From a bacterium (GTDB lineage: Bacteria > Patescibacteriota > Patescibacteriia > UBA9570), in NCBI GenBank assembly GCA_030698395.1, contig JAUYKW010000018.1:44726-108725 (forward strand): a DNA stretch of 64,000 nucleotides, written 5' to 3'. Each line of letters begins with the position of its first letter. Within the stretch, counting starts at the first letter, position 1. The position numbers were made by a program, and so were the translations under genes. Below, piece after piece: positions 37,832 to 48,721 of this stretch. The notes beneath the pieces are model-generated. The model made no database searches and was not told the DNA's origin. It was given only the letters and a program-made list of their open reading frames with translations.

Positions 37832-39383
37832 AAATAACGTATGATGTATTTTCGTAAATAACAGGATAATATTCTGATTTGTTTGTACTCCAGATACTTT
37901 TATAAACCGGTGAATCTTTACTAATAATGAAGTAACTAATACCTAGCTCAGCAATATTGGATGTATTTCTTTCGTTTTTTGGTTTAGCAATAATAGTATA
38001 CATTGCATGAAGTCTTTGATAAGTTGGGTTTTCTGGTTGATTGATAATTTCGGAAAATGGAGAAGATGGATTAAGAACATTAAATTTTTGTATATCACGA
38101 TGATTTAAACTGTACCATGGGTAATAAATAGTATGGCCAGAGTACCATAATGGAGCATGGAGAATTTCTTGATTAGTTGCGCTTTGGACACCTAATAACC
38201 TGCCAGTATGATTCGTATCATCTAGCCATTCAAGCGCTTCAGCAAAACCATCATGTGGTCGATAGCGGAAAGACCACCCTTCGATATCATCTTTCATAAA
38301 CACTACGGCATGAGTTGCTTGTGCACCTACAATTAAAACTGCAAACAAGACAAATACAATAGGTGTAAATTTTAAATACTTTCGTAATTCTACTAAGCCG
38401 AAACTTGCAAAAATAGCCAGACTTATCCAAGCAAAAGGAATGAATCTGTTAGGTAGGATGCCAATTCCAAACAATGGTAGGTGGCCTAGAATTATAGGTA
38501 CTAGCAACATGATTAGAAGTAACCATTTTATTTGTTTAGTTATTTTTGATAAACCAAAAACTAAACCAACTCCTGCTAGCATTGTAATTAAGTATCCCCA
38601 AATTGCTGGATGATCCCAAATTGGATGATAAAAACCAGGCAGACTATTATTTATGAAGTAGCCGATCATACCTTTGATAGACACAGGAAATATAGCTAAT
38701 GTAAAATCAAGCACTAAAACAATAATTCCAGTAGTAATTAGACCAATTTTTATTTTCCATGATTTTATATAAAAAAGAACAAACCATGAGGAAAATACAA
38801 TTGCCGCAATGCCGAAAGATAAATCATGAACGAGAGCTAGTAGGCTAAATGGTGACAAAGCAAAAGCGATCCATCGATGTTGCTGTTTAGTGATGGCCAA
38901 AATAGCAAAAATAATACAAAAAATAATTAGCATATAACCAAATAGATTTTGCGGAGTCAAAACTAATGACCTTATTAGAGCAGGAGACAAAGCAGAAAAT
39001 AATCCAGCAAATAGAGCAATGGTTGGAGATTTACTTAATAACCAGCCTATTAACCAAACTCCTACAACGCATGCCAAAAAAGCTAGACCACCTGTTAATA
39101 ATAATAGATGATGACTTTGGATGGGCAATATTTTTAATAATCCTGCATGGATGATTTGTAGAACAGGATAGGTAGATGGTCGCCAACACATTTCATAACT
39201 ATTTCCGGTTAATGAATAAGTACTGAACTCACCGGTTTCGGCTAATACTTTGGCTCCGCAGGCTAATCCACTAGCATCTGGCGTGATGGCAAAATCATTC
39301 CAATATAGTGATATGAAAACTAAAAATATAGCCACTATTGCTACAATACTTAAGCTGAGGGTGATTTTTAATTTTTTATTCAT
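37815..39383 (-). CDS. Hypothetical polytopic membrane protein (possible GT-C-fold glycosyltransferase / polymerase)
   Basis: 522 aa, about 11 TM helices then a soluble C-terminal domain of about 150 aa. Confidence 0.35.
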   Translation of the reverse strand: MNKKLKITLSLSIVAIVAIFLVFISLYWNDFAITPDASGLACGAKVLAETGEFSTYSLTGNSYEMCWRPSTYPVLQIIHAGLLKILPIQSHHLLLLTGGLAFLACVVGVWLIGWLLSKSPTIALFAGLFSALSPALIRSLVLTPQNLFGYMLIIFCIIFAILAITKQQHRWIAFALSPFSLLALVHDLSFGIAAIVFSSWFVLFYIKSWKIKIGLITTGIIVLVLDFTLAIFPVSIKGMIGYFINNSLPGFYHPIWDHPAIWGYLITMLAGVGLVFGLSKITKQIKWLLLIMLLVPIILGHLPLFGIGILPNRFIPFAWISLAIFASFGLVELRKYLKFTPIVFVLFAVLIVGAQATHAVVFMKDDIEGWSFRYRPHDGFAEALEWLDDTNHTGRLLGVQSATNQEILHAPLWYSGHTIYYPWYSLNHRDIQKFNVLNPSSPFSEIINQPENPTYQRLHAMYTIIAKPKNERNTSNIAELGISYFIISKDSPVYKSIWSTNKSEYYPVIYENTSYVIYDLKP

Positions 39384-39643
39384 GCGAAACAGACTGTGTT
39401 ATTTTACGTATATAATTAAGTCTTGAATATTAGCACTATAGCGCACGTTGGTCGATATTGCCTTATATTGTTATCCTTCTATTAGATTTGAGATGATTGA
39501 GATCTATAAATATGACAATAATGACAATTAATTATAACATGATCAATTAAGCTGGTTTAGTATAATATAATATCATTATCTCTTGCAAATATTGAGAAAA
39601 TGTGGTTTTCTTAACGATACATTAGTAAAAATTAAGTAAATTC

Positions 39644-40306
39644 ATGAAATCAATAGCAGTAATACCGGCATATAATGAAGAGATTCATTTACAAGAAGTG
39701 TTAGATAAAGTTAGGTCATATGTATCTCAAGTTATTGTGATTGATGATGGTTCATCAGATAGTAGTTTTGAGATCGCAGATAGTATGGGTGGCCAGGTAA
39801 TCGCTCTTCAGCATGAAATAAATTTAGGAAAGGGAGCAGCTCTAAAGACTGGATGTGACGCTGCCAAAAAGTTGGGTGCAGATTATATAATATGTATGGA
39901 TGCGGATAATCAGCACAAGCCAGAGAGTATACCAAAATTTCTAGATGCATTAGTAGATGAAGATATTGATATAGTATTCGGAGCAAGACAGTTTAATAAA
40001 GATATGCCATTTATGATGTTTATGGGAAATAGAGTTTTATCGGTAATTATTAATAAACTTTTTCATATTTTTGTTCACGACACTCAATCTGGCTATCGGG
40101 CGTTTACAGTTGATGCTTATGATAAGTTGAAATGGGAGAGTAGTGGATATGAGGCAGAAACCGAAATGATTGTTCGAGCCAGTGAGTATCATTTAAAATA
40201 TGCAGAGGTAGATATTGATACTATTTATCATGATGACTATAAAGGGACTACAGCAATAGACGGGATCAAGATATTACTTCAAATAATTAAGTGGAAACTT
40301 CTATGA
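39644..40306 (+). CDS. Glycosyltransferase family 2 (GtrB/ArnC-like polyprenyl-phosphate glycosyltransferase)
   Basis: IAVIPAYNEE, VIVIDDGSSDSS, ICMDADNQH (DxD). Confidence 0.8.
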   Translation: MKSIAVIPAYNEEIHLQEVLDKVRSYVSQVIVIDDGSSDSSFEIADSMGGQVIALQHEINLGKGAALKTGCDAAKKLGADYIICMDADNQHKPESIPKFLDALVDEDIDIVFGARQFNKDMPFMMFMGNRVLSVIINKLFHIFVHDTQSGYRAFTVDAYDKLKWESSGYEAETEMIVRASEYHLKYAEVDIDTIYHDDYKGTTAIDGIKILLQIIKWKLL

Positions 40307-40650
40307 CAAATATTCAAATAGTAGCATCAATTTTTGGCTTAGCTATGATATATATGACGTTTTTGCAGTATAAACGAGGAGCGTTCAATAGATATCAATT
40401 TGTTATTTGGGTAGTATTATTTCTTAGTTTTGTAATTGTAATTTGGTTGCCGGATAAGTTTAATTTTATAACGGAACGTTTAGGTATTTCACGCGCATTT
40501 GATTTATTTTCTATCATTGCTTTTGTTATCATATTGTTTCTTACATTTCATAATTATTTATTAATAACGAGGATAGAAAAGAGATTAGAAACTAAAGTTC
40601 GAGAAAAAACTTTAACGAAAGTAGATTCATTTAAGGATAAACAACAATAA
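40291..40650 (+). CDS. Hypothetical small membrane protein (DUF2304-like partner of GT2)
   Basis: 119 aa, three TM. Start overlaps the GT2 gene by 16 bp, as is common for GtrB partner proteins. Confidence 0.45.
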   Translation: METSMTNIQIVASIFGLAMIYMTFLQYKRGAFNRYQFVIWVVLFLSFVIVIWLPDKFNFITERLGISRAFDLFSIIAFVIILFLTFHNYLLITRIEKRLETKVREKTLTKVDSFKDKQQ

Positions 40651-40660
40651 TAAAATTTTT

Positions 40661-41710
40661 ATGAAAAAAGCATTACTAATTGGAATCACAGGACAAGACG
40701 GATCTTACTTAGCAGAACTATTATTAGACAAAGGCTATGAAGTTCATGGTACAATGCGGAGATCTAGCCAATTTAATACTGGACGAATTGATCACTTGTA
40801 TAAGGATCCACATTTAAATGGAGTAAGACTTTTTTTACATTATAGTGATTTAACTGATGGAAGTAATTTAGCTAGATTAATTAGAGAAATTAAACCAGAC
40901 GAAATTTATAATTTAGGTGCTCAAAGTCATGTGCGGGTTAGTTTTGATATTCCGGAATATACAGCTATGGTGACTGGATTAGGAACGCTTAAAATTTTAG
41001 ATGCGATTCGCGATGTAAAAAAGGATACAAAGTTTTATCAAGCATCAAGTTCAGAGATGTTTGGTTTAGTACAGGAAGTACCACAAAAAGAAGATACGCC
41101 TTTTTATCCAAGATCACCATATGCAGTGGCTAAAGTTTATTCATACTGGATTACTAGAAATTACCGGGAAGGATATGATCTTTTTGCTAGTAATGGTATT
41201 TTGTTTAATCATGAATCACCCCGACGTGGAGAAACATTCGTAACTAGAAAGATAACCAGAGCTTTATCTAAGATAAAATTGGGCATCGATAAAAAATTGT
41301 ATTTGGGCAACATGGATGCAAAACGTGATTGGGGATATGCTCCTGATTATGTTGAAGCTATGTGGATGATGATGCAACAAGATAAACCAGATGATTATGT
41401 AATAGCAACTGGGGAAACTCATTCAGTGCGAGAGTTTGTAGAAGTTGCTGCAAAATGTTTGGATATTGATGTTATTTGGGAGGGTAAGGGAGTTGATGAG
41501 AAAGGCTATAATAAAAAAACGGGAGAGGAAATTGTTAATATAGATCCTAAATATTTTCGACCAACTGAGGTTGATTTATTAATTGGTGATTATTCCAAAG
41601 CTAAGAAAGATTTAGGTTGGGAACCGAAAGTTACTTTTAAAGAGCTAACTCAAATCATGATAGATGCGGATTACGATTATTATGTACGCGAGAAAGGACA
41701 TATAAAATAG
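40661..41710 (+). CDS. gmd: GDP-mannose 4,6-dehydratase
   Basis: [30 protein letters not shown], catalytic [10 protein letters not shown], 349 aa. Confidence 0.95.
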   Translation: MKKALLIGITGQDGSYLAELLLDKGYEVHGTMRRSSQFNTGRIDHLYKDPHLNGVRLFLHYSDLTDGSNLARLIREIKPDEIYNLGAQSHVRVSFDIPEYTAMVTGLGTLKILDAIRDVKKDTKFYQASSSEMFGLVQEVPQKEDTPFYPRSPYAVAKVYSYWITRNYREGYDLFASNGILFNHESPRRGETFVTRKITRALSKIKLGIDKKLYLGNMDAKRDWGYAPDYVEAMWMMMQQDKPDDYVIATGETHSVREFVEVAAKCLDIDVIWEGKGVDEKGYNKKTGEEIVNIDPKYFRPTEVDLLIGDYSKAKKDLGWEPKVTFKELTQIMIDADYDYYVREKGHIK

Positions 41711-41711
41711 T

Positions 41712-42641
41712 ATGGATAAAAATGATAAAATATATATTGCTGGACACCGAGGATTAGTTGGTAGTGCGATAGTACGAAAGTTGGAAGCAGAGGGTTTTAC
41801 TAACATTATTAAGCGTACTAGAAAAGAATTAGATTTAGTAAATCAAGCAGCCGTTACAGAATTTTTTGCTACTGAAAAACCAGATTATGTATTTTTAGCT
41901 GCAGCTAAAGTAGGTGGCATTAATGCTAACGATATTTATCCTGGTGATTTTATTTATCAGAATTTACAGATTCAGAATAACATTATTAGTAATGCTAAAG
42001 AAGTTGGAGTTAAGAAATTATTGTTTTTAGGCAGTAGCTGTATTTATCCTAAATTGTCTAAGCAGCCAATGAAAGAAGAGTATCTTTTAACAGGAACTTT
42101 AGAGCCAACAAATGAACCGTATGCTATAGCAAAGATTGCTGGTATAAAAATGTGTCAATCATACAATAAACAATATGGGACGAATTTTATCTCTGTGATG
42201 CCGACAAATTTATTTGGTTTTAATGATAACTTTGATTTAGAAAAATCACATGTACTACCAGCATTATTACGAAAAATTTATGAAGCAAAAAAAAATAATC
42301 AATCCACTGTTACGGTTTGGGGAACAGGAAAGCCACGTCGTGAATTTTTGTTTGTTGACGATTTAGCTGATGCAGTTTATTTTTTGATGCAGAACTATGA
42401 TGAGGATGAAATAGTAAATATTGGCACTGGTGAAGATATTATGATTTCAGAGTTAGCAGAATTGATTAAGAAGGTAATAGGTTTTGAAGGCGAAATTGTA
42501 TATGACGCAAGTAAACCTGATGGAACTCCGCGAAAATTATTAGATGTAAGTAAATTAAATGGACTTGGTTGGAAAGCAGATACTTCGCTTGAGGACGGTA
42601 TTAGAAAAACTTTTGAATGGTTTCAGGCTAACTTGCCTTAA
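41712..42641 (+). CDS. fcl: GDP-L-fucose synthase (GDP-4-keto-6-deoxymannose 3,5-epimerase/4-reductase)
   Basis: [19 protein letters not shown], catalytic YAIAKIAG, 309 aa, immediately downstream of gmd. Confidence 0.95.
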   Translation: MDKNDKIYIAGHRGLVGSAIVRKLEAEGFTNIIKRTRKELDLVNQAAVTEFFATEKPDYVFLAAAKVGGINANDIYPGDFIYQNLQIQNNIISNAKEVGVKKLLFLGSSCIYPKLSKQPMKEEYLLTGTLEPTNEPYAIAKIAGIKMCQSYNKQYGTNFISVMPTNLFGFNDNFDLEKSHVLPALLRKIYEAKKNNQSTVTVWGTGKPRREFLFVDDLADAVYFLMQNYDEDEIVNIGTGEDIMISELAELIKKVIGFEGEIVYDASKPDGTPRKLLDVSKLNGLGWKADTSLEDGIRKTFEWFQANLP

Positions 42642-42643
42642 AT

Positions 42644-43414
42644 ATGAAGGTATCTATAATTACACCTTCATATAATCAGAAAAATTTTATTGCCCAAACA
42701 ATAGAAAGCGTTATTAATCAGCGTGGTGATTTTGAGTTGGAGTATATTATTATTGATGGTTCATCTACTGATGGATCAATTGATATTATTAAAAAGTATG
42801 CAGCAATGGATGCTAGAATAAAATGGCTTTCTGAAGAGGATCGTGGGCAATCACATGCAATCAATAAAGGATTAAAAATGGCTACTGGTGATATAGTTGC
42901 TTATTTGAATTCGGATGATGTTTATCTAAAAGATGCTTTAAAAAAATTAGTGGCAGAATTTTCCAAACAGAAAGACTTAAAATGGTTATATGGTGGTTGT
43001 AATATCATAGATGAATCTGGAGATGAAACACGAGGCATAATAACAAAATATAAAGAGTGGCTAGGAAAAAAATATTCGTATAACAAACTATTAGTAGTGA
43101 ATTTTATTAGCCAGCCAGCAGTTTTTTGGCGACGGGATTTATTAGATGAAATTGGATTTATCAATGAAGATGAGCACTTAGTTATGGATTATGAATATTG
43201 GTGCAGACTTGGCAAGAAGTACCAACCTTATAAGCTAACAGATAACATAGCTGCGTTTCGTTCGTATACTGATAATAAAAGTAGCCAAGGTTTTGTAAAG
43301 CAATTTAAGCGAGAAGCACAAATAGCTAAAAAATATTCCAATAGTTTTATATTAAACATTTTGCATTTGATACACGTAGGAGGAATAATTATGATTTATA
43401 AAATAATTTCTTAG
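42644..43414 (+). CDS. Glycosyltransferase family 2
   Basis: MKVSIITPSYNQKNFIAQTIESV, IIIDGSSTDGS, YLNSDDVY (DxD). Confidence 0.85.
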   Translation: MKVSIITPSYNQKNFIAQTIESVINQRGDFELEYIIIDGSSTDGSIDIIKKYAAMDARIKWLSEEDRGQSHAINKGLKMATGDIVAYLNSDDVYLKDALKKLVAEFSKQKDLKWLYGGCNIIDESGDETRGIITKYKEWLGKKYSYNKLLVVNFISQPAVFWRRDLLDEIGFINEDEHLVMDYEYWCRLGKKYQPYKLTDNIAAFRSYTDNKSSQGFVKQFKREAQIAKKYSNSFILNILHLIHVGGIIMIYKIIS

Positions 43415-44578
43415 ATGAAAATTCTTCAGGTTATTCCATATTTTGTGCCGGCCTTTAGTTATGGCGGTCCTATCCAGACATGTTTAGTTATATCTCAGCA
43501 CATGGTTAATAATGGCCATGAGGTAACTGTTGCTACAACAGATACTCTTGATGGTAAAGAGAGAATATATTTTCTAAATGAGGATATCGATGGAATTAGA
43601 GTTGTGAGGTTTCGGAATGTAAGTAATTCAATTGCAAAAAAAACTAATTTATTTTTGCCGATAGGTTTTAGAAAATGGTGTAAAGATAATATAAAACAAT
43701 TTGATATTATTCATTGTCATGATTTTTTTACGTACCAAAATATTGTAGTTAGGTACTATGCAAAGAAATATCACATTCCTTTCATAATTCAACCACATGG
43801 ATCTTTAGAGGATGTGCGATTACAGGCTAGGTTTGGTTTTATAAAAAGATTTTTTATTCGAAAAGTTCTTTTTTTATTATTAGAAGCTAAATATGTTATT
43901 GCTCTAACTAAAGCAGAACAACTGACAATAAATAAGATTGATTCAAATGCAAATGTTTCAATTGTACCAAATGGCATTAATTTGGATCAGTATTATGATG
44001 TTCAAGAAATTAATTTGCATGCGAAATATAATTTACCTGCAGATACAAAGTTAATTTGTTTCTTAGGAAGAGTACAATACATCAAGGGATTAGATCATTC
44101 CTTATTAACACTTAAGCATCTAGTTGGTAAGGTGGCATTTCATTTTTTTATTATCGGACCCAACGAAGGTGATGAACAACAACGATTAGAGAATATAATT
44201 AAAGAAGATAATTTAGAAAAATTTGTTACTTTTGTAGGATTATTATCTGGAATGGAAAAGAAGCAATTTATTAAATCATGTGATTCATTTTTAATGTTAT
44301 CACGCAGTGAAGGATTGCCAATATCTATTTTAGAAGCTGCGGCCGTTGGTTTACCGACTATGATTTCATATGAGTGTCATGTTCCAGAATTAGCAGTTTT
44401 AAATGCTGGGTACGAAGTTGATAAGATTGATTATGTTAATAATGCAAAAATACTCAAGAATTTTTTTGATTCTTCTGATATTTCAGATAACATGCGGATG
44501 CAAGCAAGGGCAGTAGTTGCGGATAAATTTTCCGTCCCAAAGATGGTAACCAAAATAAAGTCTTTATATCAGGATTAG
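43415..44578 (+). CDS. Glycosyltransferase family 4 (GT-B, Pfam Glycos_transf_1)
   Basis: MKILQVIPYFVPAFSYGGP N-terminus. C-terminal SRSEGLPISILEAAAVGLPTM nucleotide-sugar binding motif. Confidence 0.85.
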   Translation: MKILQVIPYFVPAFSYGGPIQTCLVISQHMVNNGHEVTVATTDTLDGKERIYFLNEDIDGIRVVRFRNVSNSIAKKTNLFLPIGFRKWCKDNIKQFDIIHCHDFFTYQNIVVRYYAKKYHIPFIIQPHGSLEDVRLQARFGFIKRFFIRKVLFLLLEAKYVIALTKAEQLTINKIDSNANVSIVPNGINLDQYYDVQEINLHAKYNLPADTKLICFLGRVQYIKGLDHSLLTLKHLVGKVAFHFFIIGPNEGDEQQRLENIIKEDNLEKFVTFVGLLSGMEKKQFIKSCDSFLMLSRSEGLPISILEAAAVGLPTMISYECHVPELAVLNAGYEVDKIDYVNNAKILKNFFDSSDISDNMRMQARAVVADKFSVPKMVTKIKSLYQD

Positions 44579-46554
44579 CTATCTGGCGTATTTATTTTTT
44601 TGGTACCGTATATTGTACGGTATTTTTTGTGATTGAATTTGTAGAGCATCCATTGTGTTCGGTTGCCAATTCTCTGTTCATCTACTTTGGTAAATGCTAA
44701 AGGGTATTTATCTAATACCTTGTAAAATTCTTGGAGATCTTTTTGATTATTACTATTATTTAGGATCCAGTAATAATTAATTCCATTTTTACGTAACTTA
44801 TTTGTGAGTAGTTCATTTGGTTTGATGGTGAAATATCTTTGTTGGTAATTTGTGTCGAATGTTCTAATAAGGGCTACAGCGTGATTATTACGAATTTGTA
44901 TATCTGAGGAATAGTATTGAGTTTCATAGAAATGAGCATTACTAGCTATTAAACCATTATTAGATGCATTTTTTAATGAGTCTGTAGCGGTAGGTGCGCC
45001 ATAATCATATCCGTAAGTTGCTAAGGACAACTTGTTATTAAAATAAAAAGGAGCCATTTTTAAACAGAGTAAGGTAATTATTATTAATCCGAGGATGGGG
45101 TATTTCTGTTTGAGTTTTATCTTTGGGAATAATATGACTCCTATTAAGAGAATCACAAAAAGTGCAATAAAAATTATCGGTTTATAAGTTAATAGAGTTG
45201 CAAGAAATGAGGCATTTGCTAGTGCACTACCATATACAAGATCTTTGATATCAAACCAATACAAAATTACAAAAAATATAAATACTGATGAAAATATAAT
45301 TGATTGTCGTTTGGAGAATTTTGTTAGTATTTGGCGAGCGGCGAGAAATGTAAAGTAAATAATACAAACTAATATTGGCAATGTAACTCGGAAACCAATA
45401 ATGCTTTCAGCCTCATGATAATTCAGATAAACGAATACGAGGAGTAATGTCATCATTACAATGTCTGGTCGTATTTTACTATAATGTTTTTTAAAATTGT
45501 TAAATATTCGCTTTGCACTTATCCAAATCCCTAGAGATGTTAAAGGTAAAATAAAAATATTTAAATCTTGCTCGGAAAAATTATAAGAATAAATCAACCA
45601 AAGTTTTTGAAAGAAGTTAGCAGGTGCGCGTTGAATTTGAGATTCAACTAATCCTGTTGGAATTTCTCTTGAGTATTCCGCAATAGCAATTTTAGATTGG
45701 CTTAATTCACTTATTAGTGGAGTATCAGATGGGCTAAGAGAAAGAATTTGATCCAGCACAGAAAAAATAAGTTTGTTGATGAAAATGTATATATCACCAA
45801 ATACAAAACGAAGAAGATTTTCATATAAGCGGGGATATGGCAACATGTTAAAATCTAGTAATAGTATCGTTGCAATAAAAGTAGGGAAGGCAATTATTAA
45901 AGATTCTTTTATGATATATAATATTTTATATGATATTTCTTTATTTATTTTCCAAGAGTCTAGTATAGTAATTGTAAAAATCATTGGAGCAGCCAGCAAC
46001 AAATAGTAATCTTTTATCAACATTAGCAACAATAGGCCAAGACCAATTTGATATGCTTTGGCTTTTTTTGCCAGTAAGTAGACTAGGAAAGTAAATGCAA
46101 AAGTTGCTGGAATGTCTAGCATTAAACGAACCGAGAATATCCAAAAACCTGGAATTAGTAATAAGATAAAAAGAAACCACTTGCGTCTTTCCTTTTTAAT
46201 GTCTAAATGATTAGTAAGTAAATAAAGGGATATTATAAATCCAGCAGCGAAGATAAAAATTGGAATTCTATATTCAGTTAGAGTCTGAGGATTTGTGATT
46301 AGATTGTATAAAAATGCTACAAACGCCACTAAAAATGTATGCTCTGTATTAATGTTATACCAGGAAATTTCTCCATTAAATGCACCTTTGAAAGCGTTAA
46401 CAATGTTTGCATAGATATACTCATCAGGTGTGGGCCATATCCAGTTATTTAAAAGGGCAAGAAATATTAAGGAAAATAATAAAAAAAATATCAAGGTAGA
46501 ATGTTGTTTGAGGAATTTTACTAGTTGTTGTATTATCTTCATTTTATATCTCAC
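44575..46554 (-). CDS. Hypothetical large polytopic membrane protein (possible Wzy-like polymerase/ligase or GT-C)
   Basis: 659 aa with at least 12 TM helices and a C-terminal soluble domain, within the glycan cluster. Confidence 0.35.
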   Translation of the reverse strand: MRYKMKIIQQLVKFLKQHSTLIFFLLFSLIFLALLNNWIWPTPDEYIYANIVNAFKGAFNGEISWYNINTEHTFLVAFVAFLYNLITNPQTLTEYRIPIFIFAAGFIISLYLLTNHLDIKKERRKWFLFILLLIPGFWIFSVRLMLDIPATFAFTFLVYLLAKKAKAYQIGLGLLLLMLIKDYYLLLAAPMIFTITILDSWKINKEISYKILYIIKESLIIAFPTFIATILLLDFNMLPYPRLYENLLRFVFGDIYIFINKLIFSVLDQILSLSPSDTPLISELSQSKIAIAEYSREIPTGLVESQIQRAPANFFQKLWLIYSYNFSEQDLNIFILPLTSLGIWISAKRIFNNFKKHYSKIRPDIVMMTLLLVFVYLNYHEAESIIGFRVTLPILVCIIYFTFLAARQILTKFSKRQSIIFSSVFIFFVILYWFDIKDLVYGSALANASFLATLLTYKPIIFIALFVILLIGVILFPKIKLKQKYPILGLIIITLLCLKMAPFYFNNKLSLATYGYDYGAPTATDSLKNASNNGLIASNAHFYETQYYSSDIQIRNNHAVALIRTFDTNYQQRYFTIKPNELLTNKLRKNGINYYWILNNSNNQKDLQEFYKVLDKYPLAFTKVDEQRIGNRTQWMLYKFNHKKYRTIYGTKKINTPDS

Positions 46555-46586
46555 TAGAAGCAGGCTTTATTATATAAAAAAGTCTA

Positions 46587-47450
46587 TTATCTCACCAATT
46601 TGAACGGGGATAGAATAGCTACTTTTGTAATTTTTATAGCATGAAATCCAATAAGTAGGACAATATGCTTTATTTTGTAGTATTGGTTGGGACAATTCTT
46701 TAATAAATATTTAATCATATAAATCATATTGCTGTGTGATTTTATATGAAAGGCATCATCAAAAGCTTGTTTGAGAGTTGGGTTTTTTATCCTAGATTCA
46801 ATTCCTGATTTAATCCCAGTATCGTGAGAAACAGCATCATAAGATACCACCATTTTAAAACCAGCCCTTTTTACTTGCAGAAAAAAATCATAATCTGATA
46901 GATAATGGGGAAAGCGTTTATAATCAAAGGCAACTTTAGAAAAAACTTCTATCGGTAGGAGCGTGAATCTGCCTGTCATTACATCAATCTGTCCATCATA
47001 AACACCATTTTCTTGAATTGGTATCAGAGGATATGTTCTGGTTTTCCATTTAGCTACATGCCCGCCACTAATTATTTTTCCCGTGGAATTTTTTATTGCT
47101 GCAGCAACGACAGCTCTATTATACTTCAAGCTAGTTTGATAGCAGATTTCTAAAGCATCTTTTTCTGGAAAGTGATCATTGTTAGCAAACAGAATGAAAT
47201 CTTCCGGTTGAGCTTCTTTTTTTATATACTCAACCCCCATAGCCATGGTTCTTGTCCAGAAAACGTCACCCTTAGTAGATAGTATTTTTACTTTTGGAAA
47301 ATGTTTTTTTATTGCTTCAACCGAACCATCTGTTGAAGCATCATCAACTACCACAATTTCAAAATCTTGCATTGTTTGGCTATAAATTTTTTCTATAAAC
47401 TTGAGCGTAGTGTCTCGACGATTATAAATGGCTGTTAATACATAAATCAT
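46587..47450 (-). CDS. Glycosyltransferase family 2
   Basis: MIYVLTAIYNRRDTTLKFIEKI, VVVDDASTDGS, FANNDHF (DxD-like). Confidence 0.8.
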   Translation of the reverse strand: MIYVLTAIYNRRDTTLKFIEKIYSQTMQDFEIVVVDDASTDGSVEAIKKHFPKVKILSTKGDVFWTRTMAMGVEYIKKEAQPEDFILFANNDHFPEKDALEICYQTSLKYNRAVVAAAIKNSTGKIISGGHVAKWKTRTYPLIPIQENGVYDGQIDVMTGRFTLLPIEVFSKVAFDYKRFPHYLSDYDFFLQVKRAGFKMVVSYDAVSHDTGIKSGIESRIKNPTLKQAFDDAFHIKSHSNMIYMIKYLLKNCPNQYYKIKHIVLLIGFHAIKITKVAILSPFKLVR

Positions 47451-47462
47451 AATTGATACAAT

Positions 47463-48635
47463 CTATTCAGAAAGTTCTAATAAATTATCAGCAAAGGCTT
47501 TGATGGTGAATTTCTGTTGGGAGCGTAGATAGTTACTTTCCAAAATTTTTGTTCGTTCAGTATCATCAAGATTTAAACAGAAAAGTATTTTTTCTATCAT
47601 GGATTGTTGATTTCCTTGCTGAAAGATAAATCTATCATCTCCTACAACTTCAGGGATTGCTCCATTGTTACTTCCAAGAATTAATGTTTTCGTCATCATA
47701 GCTTCAACCAAAACTCTTCCAAATAATTCATAGAAGTCTCTCTTTCCTTTATTAGTAGGCAAAATAAGTAAATCAATTATATTATATAGATATACTAGAC
47801 GATCGTAATCTTGGGCACCTAACATAAAGCAACGTTTTTCTAATTTATGTTCTGTAATGTATTTTTTACATTTCATAATATATTCTTCATTCCCATCACC
47901 AGCCACTACAAATGAAACATGTTCTGGTAAATCAGCTAATGCTTGAATTATATTCAATACTCCTTTTTCAGGAACAACTCGGCCAACAAAGCCGAGAATA
48001 TATTTTTGATCAAAAATAATTTCCTGCTTTAACTTTTTTACGAGTTTTGCACTTGATAAGTTAAGAGGTTTAAATTGAGCGGGGTCACTACTCCAGTAAA
48101 CAGTTTTAACTTTATTGCCGATTGGTAAAGCTTTCTTAATTCTTTCTTCTTGGCCATGGTTACGGGCTACAAATCTATGGGCAAATAACTTATTAAATTT
48201 TAAAAGTATTCTAACAGGCCATGGTAGGTAGCTGGAATCTTCAAAATATTTTGCCTGACTCCAGGTAACAATACGATATCGTTTAAAGAAGAGTAATTTG
48301 TAAAGAACTACAAAGAACGTATCGAATGTAAAGGTTTCATCGGTTACAATTATTATATCTGGATTATGTTGCATGATAGCCAAAGGTAAGGCTGGGAAGT
48401 ATCCAGATAATAGATACGTTTTTTTTCTGAATAATTTTCCCGGAATGTACTCAACATTATTAATCGTTTTACGTTCCAGAAAATATTGTGGCTGATATCC
48501 ATTGGTATATTGCACTTCTTTTGGTAAAACTACTTTTACCTCAAATCCAGGTCGATTTCCTATTTCACTAAAAAAATCTTGAAATTGGTGATTTGCCCCG
48601 TAATGGCTTAAGAATAGAATTTTTGTGATATCCAT
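47463..48635 (-). CDS. Glycosyltransferase family 4
   Basis: GT4 C-terminal motif region (LILPTNKGKRDFYELFGRVLVEAMMTKTLILGSNNGAIPEVV). Likely start at internal MDITKILFLSHY (48635); ORF-track start is 48683. Confidence 0.75.
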   Translation of the reverse strand: MDITKILFLSHYGANHQFQDFFSEIGNRPGFEVKVVLPKEVQYTNGYQPQYFLERKTINNVEYIPGKLFRKKTYLLSGYFPALPLAIMQHNPDIIIVTDETFTFDTFFVVLYKLLFFKRYRIVTWSQAKYFEDSSYLPWPVRILLKFNKLFAHRFVARNHGQEERIKKALPIGNKVKTVYWSSDPAQFKPLNLSSAKLVKKLKQEIIFDQKYILGFVGRVVPEKGVLNIIQALADLPEHVSFVVAGDGNEEYIMKCKKYITEHKLEKRCFMLGAQDYDRLVYLYNIIDLLILPTNKGKRDFYELFGRVLVEAMMTKTLILGSNNGAIPEVVGDDRFIFQQGNQQSMIEKILFCLNLDDTERTKILESNYLRSQQKFTIKAFADNLLELSE

Positions 48636-48721
48636 AAATTGCCTACTATTTTCATTGTAGCTTTGTGTATGGTAACAGAACAATGATATGAGGACAATAT
48701 CATGGATACATTATCATTGCC

